A stretch of DNA of 64,000 nucleotides from Minisyncoccia bacterium (GCA_049997795.1 JBEKVT010000002.1:65664-129663), one strand, 5' to 3'; positions 1 through 9,214 are shown, counted from the first letter of the stretch. The notes: generated by a model not told the origin, from the letters alone. Translations and numbers: made by a program.

Positions 1-119
1 CTGACGGCGGCGAGCGCGGCGGCAAGCTCGTGGCTCACGGCACGCCGGAGAACGTGGCCGGGAACCCGAGATCTTACACGGGAAAGTATCTGAAGAGGGT
101 GTTAAAGGGCAATCTCTGA
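1..119 (+). CDS. uvrA: Excinuclease ABC subunit A, C-terminal fragment (runs in from left edge)
   Basis: Frame from nt 3 reads [38 protein letters not shown], the typical UvrA C-terminus; lies upstream of uvrC. Confidence 0.9.
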   Translation, partial: DGGERGGKLVAHGTPENVAGNPRSYTGKYLKRVLKGNL

Positions 120-180
120 AAATAAAAGCTCGGCGATGGGCCAAGCTAGAAAGAGAGGGGGTTTAGAGACGGCGGGAACT

Positions 181-354
181 TTATTTGACGCAAGCATAGA
201 CTAGCCAGCCCGCGATAGAGAAAAACGTTATCCAGAACAGTCCTCCCCACAGAAGAGCCTTGGTAATATGATCTTCGCGTTCATTGGTGGCTCGATTTTC
301 ATACGGAGCGTCCGGCGAAATGGCCAGACGCGGCGAGCGAGACAGGTTTGACAT
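181..354 (-). CDS. Small orphan membrane protein, 57 aa (not in ORF track)
   Basis: Hand translation MSNLSRSPRLAISPDAPYENRATNEREDHITKALLWGGLFWITFFSIAGWLVYACVK*; SD GGAGGA 7 nt before ATG; C-terminal hydrophobic helix. Confidence 0.6.
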   Translation of the reverse strand: MSNLSRSPRLAISPDAPYENRATNEREDHITKALLWGGLFWITFFSIAGWLVYACVK

Positions 355-425
355 GGATAGGTCCTCCGGTTATCGGTTCCGAGTCTAAATTGATGAGCGG
401 CCGGTTTTACTATACGCTTACCGAT

Positions 426-1658
426 ATGATCGGTCAACGCCTGGCAAAGCTCAAGATACCAGACTCTCCTGGCGTCTACACATTCAAGGACGCCAAGGGA
501 CGGCCGCTATACATCGGTCGCGCCACCTCGCTCAAGGACCGGGTCAAAAGCTATTTCGGCGCCGACCTTATCGCGATGCGAGGCCCCAGGATCGTGAACA
601 TGGTCACCAAGGCCAGAACGGTCGTCTGGGAGAAGACCAGCTCGGTGCTCGAGGCCGTCTTGCTCGAAAGCGAGAGGATCAAAAAGTGTCAACCTCCTTA
701 CAACGTCGACGAGCGGGACAATAAAAGCTCGCAGTACGTTGTTATCACCGACGAGTTGTGGCCGCGGGTCTTCCTGGCGCGCTCACGGGATTTCGATCAA
801 GCCGCCAATGAGGGCCGCCTGTCTTACGCCGTCAAGCGCCGCTTCGGCCCGTATCCGGAGTCCGGCCTCATCAAAGAGGCGCTCAAGATCCTCCGCAAGA
901 TGTTCCCGTTCAAGGACAAGAAATCTTTCGACCCGCGGCACGACGCTTTTTATCGCGCTCTGGGCCGCTCTCCGGACGACAGCGACGCATCGGCTCGCCG
1001 CCGTTATCTGAGAACGATCGGCCATCTCATCCTTTTCTTCGAAGGGAAGAGGGGACAGCTCAAGACCAAGCTCAAAAGACAGATGGCGGCTTTTTCAAGA
1101 CAGCTCAAGTTCGAGGATGCCGGCGAGATCAAGAGGCTTTTGTACGCTCTTGAGCACATCAACGACATCGCCCTGGTCAAGGGCGAAACGGTCGGCCGTT
1201 TCAGGACCGGCCGACAATTCCGCTTGGAAGCTTATGACGTGGCGCATCTCGGCGGGATGGAAACGGTCGGAGCCATGGCCGTGTCGGAAAACGGCGAGCC
1301 GACGCCGGCCGGATACAGGAAGTTCAAGCTCTCAAGGAATCGGAACGATGACGTCGCCGGCCTGGCCGAGATCCTGTCACGGCGCCTCGATCATCCTGAA
1401 TGGCCTTATCCGGATGTCATCGTCGTAGACGGCAATGAGGTCCAGAAGAAGCGCGCCGAAGGGATATTGAGCGCCAGGCGCCTGGCGATCCCGGTCGTGG
1501 CCGTGACCAAGGACGAGAGGCACAAGGCGGACAGGCTCATCGGCCCCGTGGAGCTTCTCGGCCGTTATAAGCGCGACATCGTCGCGGTGAACGCCGAGGC
1601 GCATCGTTTCGCCATCAAGTACCATCGTAAGAGGAGAAGCAAGAGGGTGTTGTCTTGA
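426..1658 (+). CDS. uvrC: UvrC-family excinuclease (GIY-YIG + UVR + RNase H-like; no obvious C-terminal HhH)
   Basis: PDSPGVY...LYIGRATSLKDRVKSYF, FEDAGEI (UVR), EAYDVAH, PDVIVVDG, AEAHRFAI; ATG 426 chosen over the TTG at 348. Confidence 0.88.
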   Translation: MIGQRLAKLKIPDSPGVYTFKDAKGRPLYIGRATSLKDRVKSYFGADLIAMRGPRIVNMVTKARTVVWEKTSSVLEAVLLESERIKKCQPPYNVDERDNKSSQYVVITDELWPRVFLARSRDFDQAANEGRLSYAVKRRFGPYPESGLIKEALKILRKMFPFKDKKSFDPRHDAFYRALGRSPDDSDASARRRYLRTIGHLILFFEGKRGQLKTKLKRQMAAFSRQLKFEDAGEIKRLLYALEHINDIALVKGETVGRFRTGRQFRLEAYDVAHLGGMETVGAMAVSENGEPTPAGYRKFKLSRNRNDDVAGLAEILSRRLDHPEWPYPDVIVVDGNEVQKKRAEGILSARRLAIPVVAVTKDERHKADRLIGPVELLGRYKRDIVAVNAEAHRFAIKYHRKRRSKRVLS

Positions 1659-1756
1659 AGAACTCCACTTATACAAGATTACTGGCTAAAGAATGGAACA
1701 CTCGGACTGCTCCCGCTGGGAATGTTCTTCAAGACAACACCCTCCTAGCTCTCCTC
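1631..1756. repeat. Structured dispersed repeat, copy 1 (21-bp perfect inverted arms around a 60-nt core)
   Basis: 1643-1663 GAGGGTGTTGTCTTGAAGAAC is the exact reverse complement of 1724-1744; core is homologous to the reverse complement of 47599-47658. Confidence 0.85.
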
Positions 1757-1770
1757 CGTGATTTATGGCA

Positions 1771-1779
1771 TGCTACAAT
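1771..1779 (+). promoter_or_regulatory. Extended -10 promoter 6 nt before ddl ATG (example of the leaderless pattern)
   Basis: TGCTACAAT-N6-ATG, no SD. Confidence 0.65.
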
Positions 1780-1785
1780 TGATTC

Positions 1786-2766
1786 ATGGCAAATCGCATC
1801 AAAGTCGGCGTGCTCCGGGGCGGACCGAGCGCCGAATATGAGATCTCTTTGAAGACCGGCGCGGCCGTCCTTTCCGCCATCCGGTCATTCCTGGAAGATA
1901 AATACGAGCCGCGCGATGTCTTCGTCGATCGGAGCTGCATCTGGCACATCGACGGCCGGATGATACGGCCCGAAGACGCCAAGCTCTATTTCGACGTCGC
2001 TTTCAACGCCATGCACGGCGCGTACGGGGAGGACGGCAAGGTCCAAGCCATCCTCGAAGCGCACAATATACCTTTCACCGGTTCCGGTTCGCTGGCTTCG
2101 GCTCTCGGCATGAACAAGATCCTGGCGAAGAAAGTCCTGGCCATGCAGGGCATCAGATCGCCGCGTGGAAAAGAGGTCGCTTCCGAGGCCGTGGAGGCCG
2201 GCGCGGCCAAGGCGGCGGAAGGGCTTTTCAGGGCCTTTCCCGTGCCGATGGTCGTGAAGCCGGCCGGAAGCGGCTCGTCCGTCGGCGTCTCGATCGTCCG
2301 GATGCACCGGGAACTGGAACCGGCGCTCGTCGAAGCCGCAAAGCACGGCCACGCCATCCTGGTGGAAGAATATATCCCCGGCCGCGAGGCCACCTGCGCC
2401 GTCATCGAGGGCTTCAGGGGACAGGAGCTCTACGCCCTGCCGCCGATCGAGATCAGGCCGAGGAACGCCTTCTTCGACTATGAAGCCAAATACGAGGGGA
2501 AGTCCGACGAGATCGTGCCTTCGACCTTTCCGGAAGAGACCAAGAAGGAGCTTGAGGCGCTGGCCCGCAAGGTCCACGAGGCCTTGGGGCTGGTCCATTA
2601 TTCGCGGACGGATTTCATCGTCCACCCGCGTCGAGGCATCTACGTCCTGGAAACGAACACCTTGCCCGGCCTGACCGAGGGATCGCTCCTGCCGAAAGCC
2701 CTGCGCGCCGTCGGCAGCGACCTGCCGGAATTCGTCGACCATATCATCCGGCTGGCTCTGGATTGA
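1786..2766 (+). CDS. ddl: D-alanine--D-alanine ligase
   Basis: GGPSAEYEISLKTG, HGAYGEDGKVQ, GSSVGV, FDYEAKY, LETNTLPGLT motifs. Confidence 0.95.
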   Translation: MANRIKVGVLRGGPSAEYEISLKTGAAVLSAIRSFLEDKYEPRDVFVDRSCIWHIDGRMIRPEDAKLYFDVAFNAMHGAYGEDGKVQAILEAHNIPFTGSGSLASALGMNKILAKKVLAMQGIRSPRGKEVASEAVEAGAAKAAEGLFRAFPVPMVVKPAGSGSSVGVSIVRMHRELEPALVEAAKHGHAILVEEYIPGREATCAVIEGFRGQELYALPPIEIRPRNAFFDYEAKYEGKSDEIVPSTFPEETKKELEALARKVHEALGLVHYSRTDFIVHPRRGIYVLETNTLPGLTEGSLLPKALRAVGSDLPEFVDHIIRLALD

Positions 2767-2782
2767 GCCGTCTTTCGCCTTG

Positions 2783-2856
2783 TGGACCCGAGCGGAATCG
2801 AACCGCTGACCTCCGCTTTGCAAAAGCGGCGCTCTAGCCGACTGAGCTACGGGCCC
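2783..2856 (-). tRNA. tRNA-Ala(UGC)
   Basis: GGGCCCGTAGCTCAG...CCGCT-TTTGCAA-AGCGG...GGTTCGATTCC; G3:U70 alanine identity pair. Confidence 0.95.
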
Positions 2857-2937
2857 TTGGTCTATGGACTTCGGAACGATTTGGATTATACTCAATCTCG
2901 GACAATAAAACCAACGACAGGATAGAAAGGAGAGCGC

Positions 2938-3429
2938 ATGAAAACGATTTGTTTGTGCCTGGTTTTCCTGTGTGCCCTCCCGGTTTTCGGCGAAGGGGCA
3001 CGGACGCCGACTAATTTTCTGGCGAATATCTACCATTGGGGCGACAAATCCACGGAAGTTCCGCCCGGAACCGTGGCCATGCAGCCGTTCAACGTCTCGG
3101 CGACCAAGATCGAGTCTGATGCCGTCTCTAAGGAAATGGACCAGTTGTTCGGTTATCACCCGGCCGACGATGAAGGAGAGGGGGGCTTGGCCAATCGATC
3201 GCTGCCGTCGTTCAGCCAGAATGAACCGGTGCTGGATGACATCGTCGACAGTTTGACGGTCCTTTCGAGGGACATCGCCCTGAAGTATCGCGGGGGAGTG
3301 AAGATCTCCCCGCGGGTCACCCTCTTTTTCAAGGGCGGCCTGTTCTGGAAGGTGAACGACAAGTATTCGATCGGCATCAGATCATTCGACTTCGGCGTCA
3401 AGGGCCTGGTCGTGAGGATCACCTGGTAG
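2938..3429 (+). CDS. Secreted orphan protein with amphipathic beta-strand C-terminus
   Basis: SD AAAGGAGAG; N-terminal signal peptide; ends LVVRITW; own terminator. Confidence 0.7.
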   Translation: MKTICLCLVFLCALPVFGEGARTPTNFLANIYHWGDKSTEVPPGTVAMQPFNVSATKIESDAVSKEMDQLFGYHPADDEGEGGLANRSLPSFSQNEPVLDDIVDSLTVLSRDIALKYRGGVKISPRVTLFFKGGLFWKVNDKYSIGIRSFDFGVKGLVVRITW

Positions 3430-3432
3430 GTC

Positions 3433-3458
3433 AAGCTCCGGACAGTCGGAGCTTTTTT
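3433..3458 (+). terminator. Intrinsic terminator
   Basis: AAGCTCCG-GACAGT-CGGAGCTT followed by T-run. Confidence 0.8.
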
Positions 3459-3534
3459 GTCGAAGCCGTCGTCTTCGTCGACATCATCTAGGCCTTCTTC
3501 GTCTTCGCCGCTTTCGCCATGCTATAATTTCCAC

Positions 3535-6500
3535 ATGGGAATCTTTAACCGCTTCTCTTTTCGTGGCTCCCAAAAAAATCTCATTCTGGCCGGCGCAGTC
3601 ATGGCGCTCGTGATCGCCGTATTTTTTGTTTTTCGCCCACAGCTTGGTGAGGCGAGTGTTGCGACTTCTTCTCAAGCCACGAATGGACAAGGCGCGACGG
3701 TGTCCGGAACCGTGGCTGGAGAAGGCGGCACGTCGCTCCGGATGCGATACAAAAACGCGTGGATCACTGAGCAGGCGACCAACACGCGCAGGGGAAGGCT
3801 GGTCACGATATCGGCCCAGAATGAGGACCGGGATCATCCTCTCGTCGATGTGATCGCTTCCACCACGATCCCGAAGATATTCAAAGTGGGGGACGAGAGC
3901 AAGATACGGGTCAGATGGAGGGATAACGGCGATCAGGATGTCTCTTTCCGCGCCTACGACACGGACCACGACGGCTACATCGACCGCCTAGAGTGGACGG
4001 TCCCTCATTTGTCGGACGAGACGTACGAGATCATATTCATCTCCAAGGCGTTTCAGCTCGACTCTAACCAGAATGTCATAGCCGACATATATCCCCAGGT
4101 CGAGGCCAAAGACGGCAACTGGGCGACGATCAATGACGGCCAATACGTGAGAGCCACCTTCAACCAGGTGCTGGACGATTCGAAGGATATCACCGTCTAC
4201 GCCAGACCGACGGATCAGAGCCAACCGGCAGGGATACAGGTCTATCCCGTGTACACTGACCAGAATGGCAACCAGACCGAAGGATCGCAGATCGCCGCCT
4301 TCCCGGCGATAGACCATGAGGGTACTTACAGGATCCTGCTCACCGGACTTCCGACGCCGACCGGCGTCTTCGACCTGAAGATCGCCGGCAGCGTCGCCAT
4401 CGATTGGATCGTCGACCCTCCGGGCTGGCTCTCCGGCTGGTCATACAGGAAGAAGGTAACGATATCGAACACCAATGTGGGCTCCTCTGATCTTCCGTAT
4501 TTCCCTCTGCTCGTGAATATAGCCGAGACCGGAGGCGGTTCGACCAACATCGGATATAACCTGAGCGACAAGACCAATGGCTACGACATCAGGTTCACGG
4601 ATTCGAGCGGAACGAGCCTGCTCCCATACGAAAGGGAAGCCTTGAGCGTCGCTTCGAATAACCTCACGGCCAAACTTTGGGTCCAAGTCCCGACCGTGAA
4701 CCACCTGACCACCACGGATATCTATATCTATTACGGCAATTCCGGCCAGTCAGGGAGCGACTGGACGGCCACGACTGGCTCCGGCAACTGCAGCACCATG
4801 ACAGAAGCCAAATGCACGTGGAAAGAAGGCTCTTCGCAGAACTACGACGCCGTCTGGCATTTCAAGGAAACGGGGACTAACCCGACGATCCACGACTCGA
4901 CCGCTAAAGCAAACGACAGCACGGTCCAGACATGGACGCCTACGAGTGGGCCGGTCGACGGAGCGGGAGGCGATGACGGCAGCAAATGGGTCGAATTCAA
5001 TGGGAGCACCGTATTTCTGACCGCCACAAACGCTCATACATCCTCCTTTTGGGTCAATGTCACGAGCTATGATACCGGAGGCCATACTTACCCGACCATA
5101 TTGAACCTCAAGACGGATATCGACTATTACGCGGTCTATCTGAGCGACGTATCCGGATACGAGGGTATCAGCGCGAGCACGGTCGGGATAAATGGGTGGA
5201 GAGCTTCGGGAACGAGCGCAGCCTTAATCGGCTCCTGGAATTATATAACCGTGGTCTTCGACGGGGTGGACAGGACTAATGTGAATTCCTGGAAGATCTA
5301 TGTTAACGGCGTCTCCAAATCGCTGACGACGGCGGGAGGATGGAACACTATATCGGACAACATAATCTACACCGACGACAAATCCACCGCGGACACGCTT
5401 TATGGCACCATCGACGAATTGCGAGTCGCGTCTATCGCTCGCTCTGTCGGCTGGATAAATTTCGAATATTGCAACATGATGTCGACCGCGAGCGGGACTT
5501 GCAGCGGGACGAACGAGCTCACCTTCGGCAGCCAAGACACGGGCGGCACGGACAGATACTGGATCGGCGGTACCGGCAACTGGTCGGATACCAGCCATTG
5601 GGCGAACGCGTCCGGCGGGGGAGGGGGATACAGCGTTCCAGACTCGACCACCAACGTGCACTTCGATTCCGCTTCCGGAGGAGGAACCGCGACTGTGGAT
5701 GTCGCGGCTTCCGCGGCGAATTTCACGATGGATACCGGGAACACGACCAACGTCACCCTAGGGAATACCTTGACCGCCTCGGGCAATTTTACGATAACGG
5801 CCGGCACCTTCGATGTCTCCTCCGGAAATTATGCCCTGAGCGTCGCAGGTAATTGGTCCAATGCCGGGACTTTCACGGCAAGATCAGGCACAACGACTTT
5901 TAGCGGCGCCGCTGCCGAGACGCTCGCCGGCTCGATGGTGGGTGGGAACGCGTTTAACAACATCGCTTTTAGCGGGGCCGGCACTAAATCCTTTTCGAAC
6001 AACGCCTCGACGACCAATGTGACCATCCAGGCCGGTTCGGGAGCGGTGACGGCTCCGTCCGGGCTCTGGTCCGTATCCGGCTACTGGAACAACGGCGCCA
6101 CCTTCTCGCAGACCGCCGGAACGGTCGATTTCAACTCATCGGGACCGCAATCGATCTCTGGCTCTAATACCTGGTTCGGCCTGTCGGTCTCCGGCACGAC
6201 CGCCCGCACTGTATCGTTCCAGAGCGGGGCCATCCAGACAATATCCGGGAACGGCTCACTGACGTTCATGGGAGCACCGAGCCAGACGCTCTTGCTCTCG
6301 CCGATCACTCCAGGGAGCGCCTGGAAATTGGCCGTGTCGACAACCAACGTGACCCAATCGGTCACTTACACCTCGCCGTCATACTCGGACGCGTCGGGCT
6401 CGTCGAACTACAACCAGACGGTGTACGCGACTGGCGCTGGAGACAGCGACGGCGGCAACAACACGAACTGGTCATTCGGCGTATATTCGGTCACGATAAC

Positions 6501-6873
6501 GAGCAGCGGGGTCATCTCGTACGGCTATGTGACCTTGAGCACCTCATCGACGACCCTGGGCAGCGCCTACACCCAGGTCGCGAAGAATGACGGTGCCGTG
6601 AACGAAAGATTGAACGTCAAATCGAGCGACGCCACCGGCGGAACAGGATGGACGCTCGCTTCAATCATAGGGACGAACCAGTACACCCACGAATTTTCCA
6701 CGACTACGGGATCGACCTGGACGCTCCTGCCGGACAGCTCGACCTATGTCACCGCCGACCCGGCCGTCGCGCCGAGCGGGACGACGAATTTCGATTTCCG
6801 GGTGACAGTGCCCAGCACGTCGGATTACCAGCAAAAATCCATCACTATCACCATCCAAGCGGCTGCGCCATGA
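3535..6873 (+). CDS. Large surface protein: N-terminal TM/signal, DUF2341, LamG/ConA-like domain, beta-helix-like S/T/G-rich stalk, C-terminal WxL-like domain
   Basis: GWSYRKKVTI...NGYDIRFTD...LWVQVP...IYIYYGN (DUF2341); WNYITVVFDG...IYVNG...GTIDELRV (LamG); C-terminal ~130 aa paralogous to the next gene; ATG 3535 is 6 nt after TGCTATAAT. Confidence 0.8.
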   Translation: MGIFNRFSFRGSQKNLILAGAVMALVIAVFFVFRPQLGEASVATSSQATNGQGATVSGTVAGEGGTSLRMRYKNAWITEQATNTRRGRLVTISAQNEDRDHPLVDVIASTTIPKIFKVGDESKIRVRWRDNGDQDVSFRAYDTDHDGYIDRLEWTVPHLSDETYEIIFISKAFQLDSNQNVIADIYPQVEAKDGNWATINDGQYVRATFNQVLDDSKDITVYARPTDQSQPAGIQVYPVYTDQNGNQTEGSQIAAFPAIDHEGTYRILLTGLPTPTGVFDLKIAGSVAIDWIVDPPGWLSGWSYRKKVTISNTNVGSSDLPYFPLLVNIAETGGGSTNIGYNLSDKTNGYDIRFTDSSGTSLLPYEREALSVASNNLTAKLWVQVPTVNHLTTTDIYIYYGNSGQSGSDWTATTGSGNCSTMTEAKCTWKEGSSQNYDAVWHFKETGTNPTIHDSTAKANDSTVQTWTPTSGPVDGAGGDDGSKWVEFNGSTVFLTATNAHTSSFWVNVTSYDTGGHTYPTILNLKTDIDYYAVYLSDVSGYEGISASTVGINGWRASGTSAALIGSWNYITVVFDGVDRTNVNSWKIYVNGVSKSLTTAGGWNTISDNIIYTDDKSTADTLYGTIDELRVASIARSVGWINFEYCNMMSTASGTCSGTNELTFGSQDTGGTDRYWIGGTGNWSDTSHWANASGGGGGYSVPDSTTNVHFDSASGGGTATVDVAASAANFTMDTGNTTNVTLGNTLTASGNFTITAGTFDVSSGNYALSVAGNWSNAGTFTARSGTTTFSGAAAETLAGSMVGGNAFNNIAFSGAGTKSFSNNASTTNVTIQAGSGAVTAPSGLWSVSGYWNNGATFSQTAGTVDFNSSGPQSISGSNTWFGLSVSGTTARTVSFQSGAIQTISGNGSLTFMGAPSQTLLLSPITPGSAWKLAVSTTNVTQSVTYTSPSYSDASGSSNYNQTVYATGAGDSDGGNNTNWSFGVYSVTITSSGVISYGYVTLSTSSTTLGSAYTQVAKNDGAVNERLNVKSSDATGGTGWTLASIIGTNQYTHEFSTTTGSTWTLLPDSSTYVTADPAVAPSGTTNFDFRVTVPSTSDYQQKSITITIQAAAP

Positions 6874-6994
6874 TCGTCATGAGAACAGGTATGTGGATAT
6901 CTTCTCGTTATCATATGATCCCCGGATAAGCTATACTGTATGCGCGTTACAGGGATACTATATTTATTCGATCGATTAATACAAAACATAATAT

Positions 6995-7534
6995 ATGAAA
7001 CAGGATTCTCTTTTGTCTCATAAGACGTCCCAGTCTTGGCATTATGCCCTGGCGTCCCTCGTGGCCCTGGCTCTTCTCTCATGGAATATCGCCATGGCTG
7101 GTAGCACGGCCACCGTCGCGGCGACGGTCACCGCGCAGCTCTTAAACATCTCCGTCGCGCCCGGGACCATCGCTTATGGCTCGGTTCCGCTGAATACGGC
7201 TACCACCACGGTGAACCACGGCTATCAGCAGACAGTGACAAACAGCGGTTCGACTATCCAGCTCAACGTGAAGTCGAGCGACGCGACCAATGGAACGTCG
7301 TGGACGCTTGCTTCTTCCCCGGGATCCGACACATACGAGCATCAGGTCTCCACGACGACAGGATCGACCTATATGATAATGCCGAACAGCTCGACCTATA
7401 TCACCGCCTCATCGACCATGACGACCGGCGTGACCAATACGCAGAAGCTGGACTTCCAGCTGACTACGCCGACCGCCTCGACGGATTTCCTCCAAAAGTC
7501 GATCACTATCACGGTCCAAGCGGCCGCTATCTAG
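6995..7534 (+). CDS. Small secreted WxL-like/pilin-like subunit
   Basis: Signal peptide, then ATVAATVTA strand; LNVKSSDATNGTSWTLAS...QKSITITVQAA matches the C-terminus of the upstream protein. Confidence 0.75.
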   Translation: MKQDSLLSHKTSQSWHYALASLVALALLSWNIAMAGSTATVAATVTAQLLNISVAPGTIAYGSVPLNTATTTVNHGYQQTVTNSGSTIQLNVKSSDATNGTSWTLASSPGSDTYEHQVSTTTGSTYMIMPNSSTYITASSTMTTGVTNTQKLDFQLTTPTASTDFLQKSITITVQAAAI

Positions 7535-7600
7535 GACATTCGTTTGGAGAATATCGCATGCTCCATATCGCGGCTGTCCGTATCGTAATGCCATAAAAAA

Positions 7601-8221
7601 ATGAAACCATCCAAGCGCGTCGCAATATTCTCTTTTGTTCTGTCGGCATTCCTCCTGCTCAGTGCTTTCTTGACAGCTTCCTATGCGGAGGCGAGGATCG
7701 GCGTGGGCATGGGCTCGAGCGAGATACGCATAACTGACTCGGTGAAACCCGGCGGCATATACAAGCTCCCGACCCTGCGCATCTTCAATACGGGCGACGA
7801 GACGACTACCTACGGCATGGACGTCAGCTATCACGAGGATTACAAACAGATCCGGCCGGCGCCGGGATGGTTCACTTTCAGTCCCACCACCTTCACTCTC
7901 GATGCCGGGAAAAGCCAGGACGTCTCGATCACCATGGTCGTTCCCGTCAAGGCGGTACCGGGCGATTATTTCGCTTTCCTCGAGGGCGGTCCGGTCTCGA
8001 GCAACAAGCCCGGCACCACCGTCGGCGTGGCCGTCGCGGCAAAATTGTTCTTCACCGTGGCGCCCGCGAACATCTTCCAGGCAGCCTTATATAGGATATC
8101 TTCGTTCTTCTCGGCATACTCGCCGTGGACATGGATAGTCTTGGGCCTCGTCCTGTGCGCCGTCGTCGTGTATCTATTCAGGAGATTCTTCTCGCTAAGC
8201 TTTGCCGTGCGGAAGAGATAG
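7601..8221 (+). CDS. DUF916/WxL-interacting-like (PapD-like Ig) protein with C-terminal membrane anchor
   Basis: VKPGG...RIFNTGD...WFTFSPTTFTLDAGKSQDVSITMVVP...PGDYFA pattern; signal peptide; C-terminal TM plus basic tail. Confidence 0.7.
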   Translation: MKPSKRVAIFSFVLSAFLLLSAFLTASYAEARIGVGMGSSEIRITDSVKPGGIYKLPTLRIFNTGDETTTYGMDVSYHEDYKQIRPAPGWFTFSPTTFTLDAGKSQDVSITMVVPVKAVPGDYFAFLEGGPVSSNKPGTTVGVAVAAKLFFTVAPANIFQAALYRISSFFSAYSPWTWIVLGLVLCAVVVYLFRRFFSLSFAVRKR

Positions 8222-8227
8222 AAAAAA

Positions 8228-9208
8228 GTGGCCAACAAGAACCTGCGCATCGCGCTAGTCTCTGCCTTAACGGTCAGTGCCGTACTTTTCGCGGGGAAGG
8301 CCCTTGCGGTCGACATCACTGCCACAGTAAGTCTGGGCGTTTTCGTCCCAGGCCAACCATCCAATCTGGCGGCGACCATCGGAGACAAGAGCGTCGAGCT
8401 GTCGTGGTCGCCGCCGTCGAACGGCGGATCGGCCATAACCGATTATATAGTCGAATACAGGCTCTCGTTGGGCGGCAGCTGGTCTTCGTTCGATGTCGGT
8501 TCCGGCGGTGATACGTCGGCGACCTTGACCGGCTTGTCCAACGATAATTCATACGACTTTCGCGTCTCCGCCGTAAACGCCATAGGCCAGGGTCCGCCAT
8601 CGCCTGTAGTGAGCGCCACGCCCGGACCGCCCGCTCAGGTCATCGTCCAGAGCTTCCTCGATCTCTATGTGCCGAGCATAGGGACGAATGTGCGCATAAC
8701 TAACGAAGGGCTGACAGCTTATGAATACAACTATACTTGGTGCGTGACCGACTCAGACACGAACCTGTGCGGCGGAGGCGACGATGTCTTCGACTCTACG
8801 GCCGCCAAATGGATCGATCCAGGACAGAACTACGATACGACGTTGAATTCCACCGTACCGTCTCCGGGGAACTATTGGTTCCATGTCGCCGTGCAGTACG
8901 GCTCTGACTCCTCGCAAGCAAGCCAGTCTTTTACAGCTGTTACGGAAACCACGCCTCCGCCGCCACCGCCACCACCGGGTGGTGGAGGGGGCGGCGGAAG
9001 TGGAGGAGCTCCGGCTTGCGTCGGCGCAGATTTCAACCATGACGGCAGGGTGGATTCGGTGGATTTCTCGATAATGCTCGCCTACTGGGGAACTTCCGGA
9101 CCGATCAATAATCCTTGCGTGGACATAAACGGCGACAAAAAGATCGATTCCGTGGACTTCTCGATCCTGCTCTACCAATGGGGCAGGAGCCCTATCCCTT
9201 TTAAATAG
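8228..9208 (+). CDS. Secreted fibronectin type III + Ig-like + Pro/Gly linker + dockerin protein
   Basis: PGQPSNL...LSWSPPSNGGSAITDYIVEY...YDFRVSAVNAIG (FN3); duplicated DFNHDGRVDSVDFS / DINGDKKIDSVDFS Ca-binding loops (dockerin). Confidence 0.85.
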   Translation: MANKNLRIALVSALTVSAVLFAGKALAVDITATVSLGVFVPGQPSNLAATIGDKSVELSWSPPSNGGSAITDYIVEYRLSLGGSWSSFDVGSGGDTSATLTGLSNDNSYDFRVSAVNAIGQGPPSPVVSATPGPPAQVIVQSFLDLYVPSIGTNVRITNEGLTAYEYNYTWCVTDSDTNLCGGGDDVFDSTAAKWIDPGQNYDTTLNSTVPSPGNYWFHVAVQYGSDSSQASQSFTAVTETTPPPPPPPPGGGGGGGSGGAPACVGADFNHDGRVDSVDFSIMLAYWGTSGPINNPCVDINGDKKIDSVDFSILLYQWGRSPIPFK

Positions 9209-9214
9209 AACGCC

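Noticed and set aside
1885-3159. 424-aa minus-strand ORF and many similar long antisense ORFs (e.g. 14242-15093, 50478-51395, 53233-54102)
   Set aside because: Shadow frames of GC-rich genes; they overlap well-supported genes or a tRNA and have no recognisable motifs
6481-7534. Diversity-generating retroelement TR/VR pair for the duplicated domain
   Set aside because: Differences are not adenine-specific, both copies are coding, and no reverse transcriptase is in the window
8950-9010. CCG/GGT low-complexity run as a phase-variable repeat
   Set aside because: Encodes a Pro/Gly linker with mixed codons, not a perfect microsatellite
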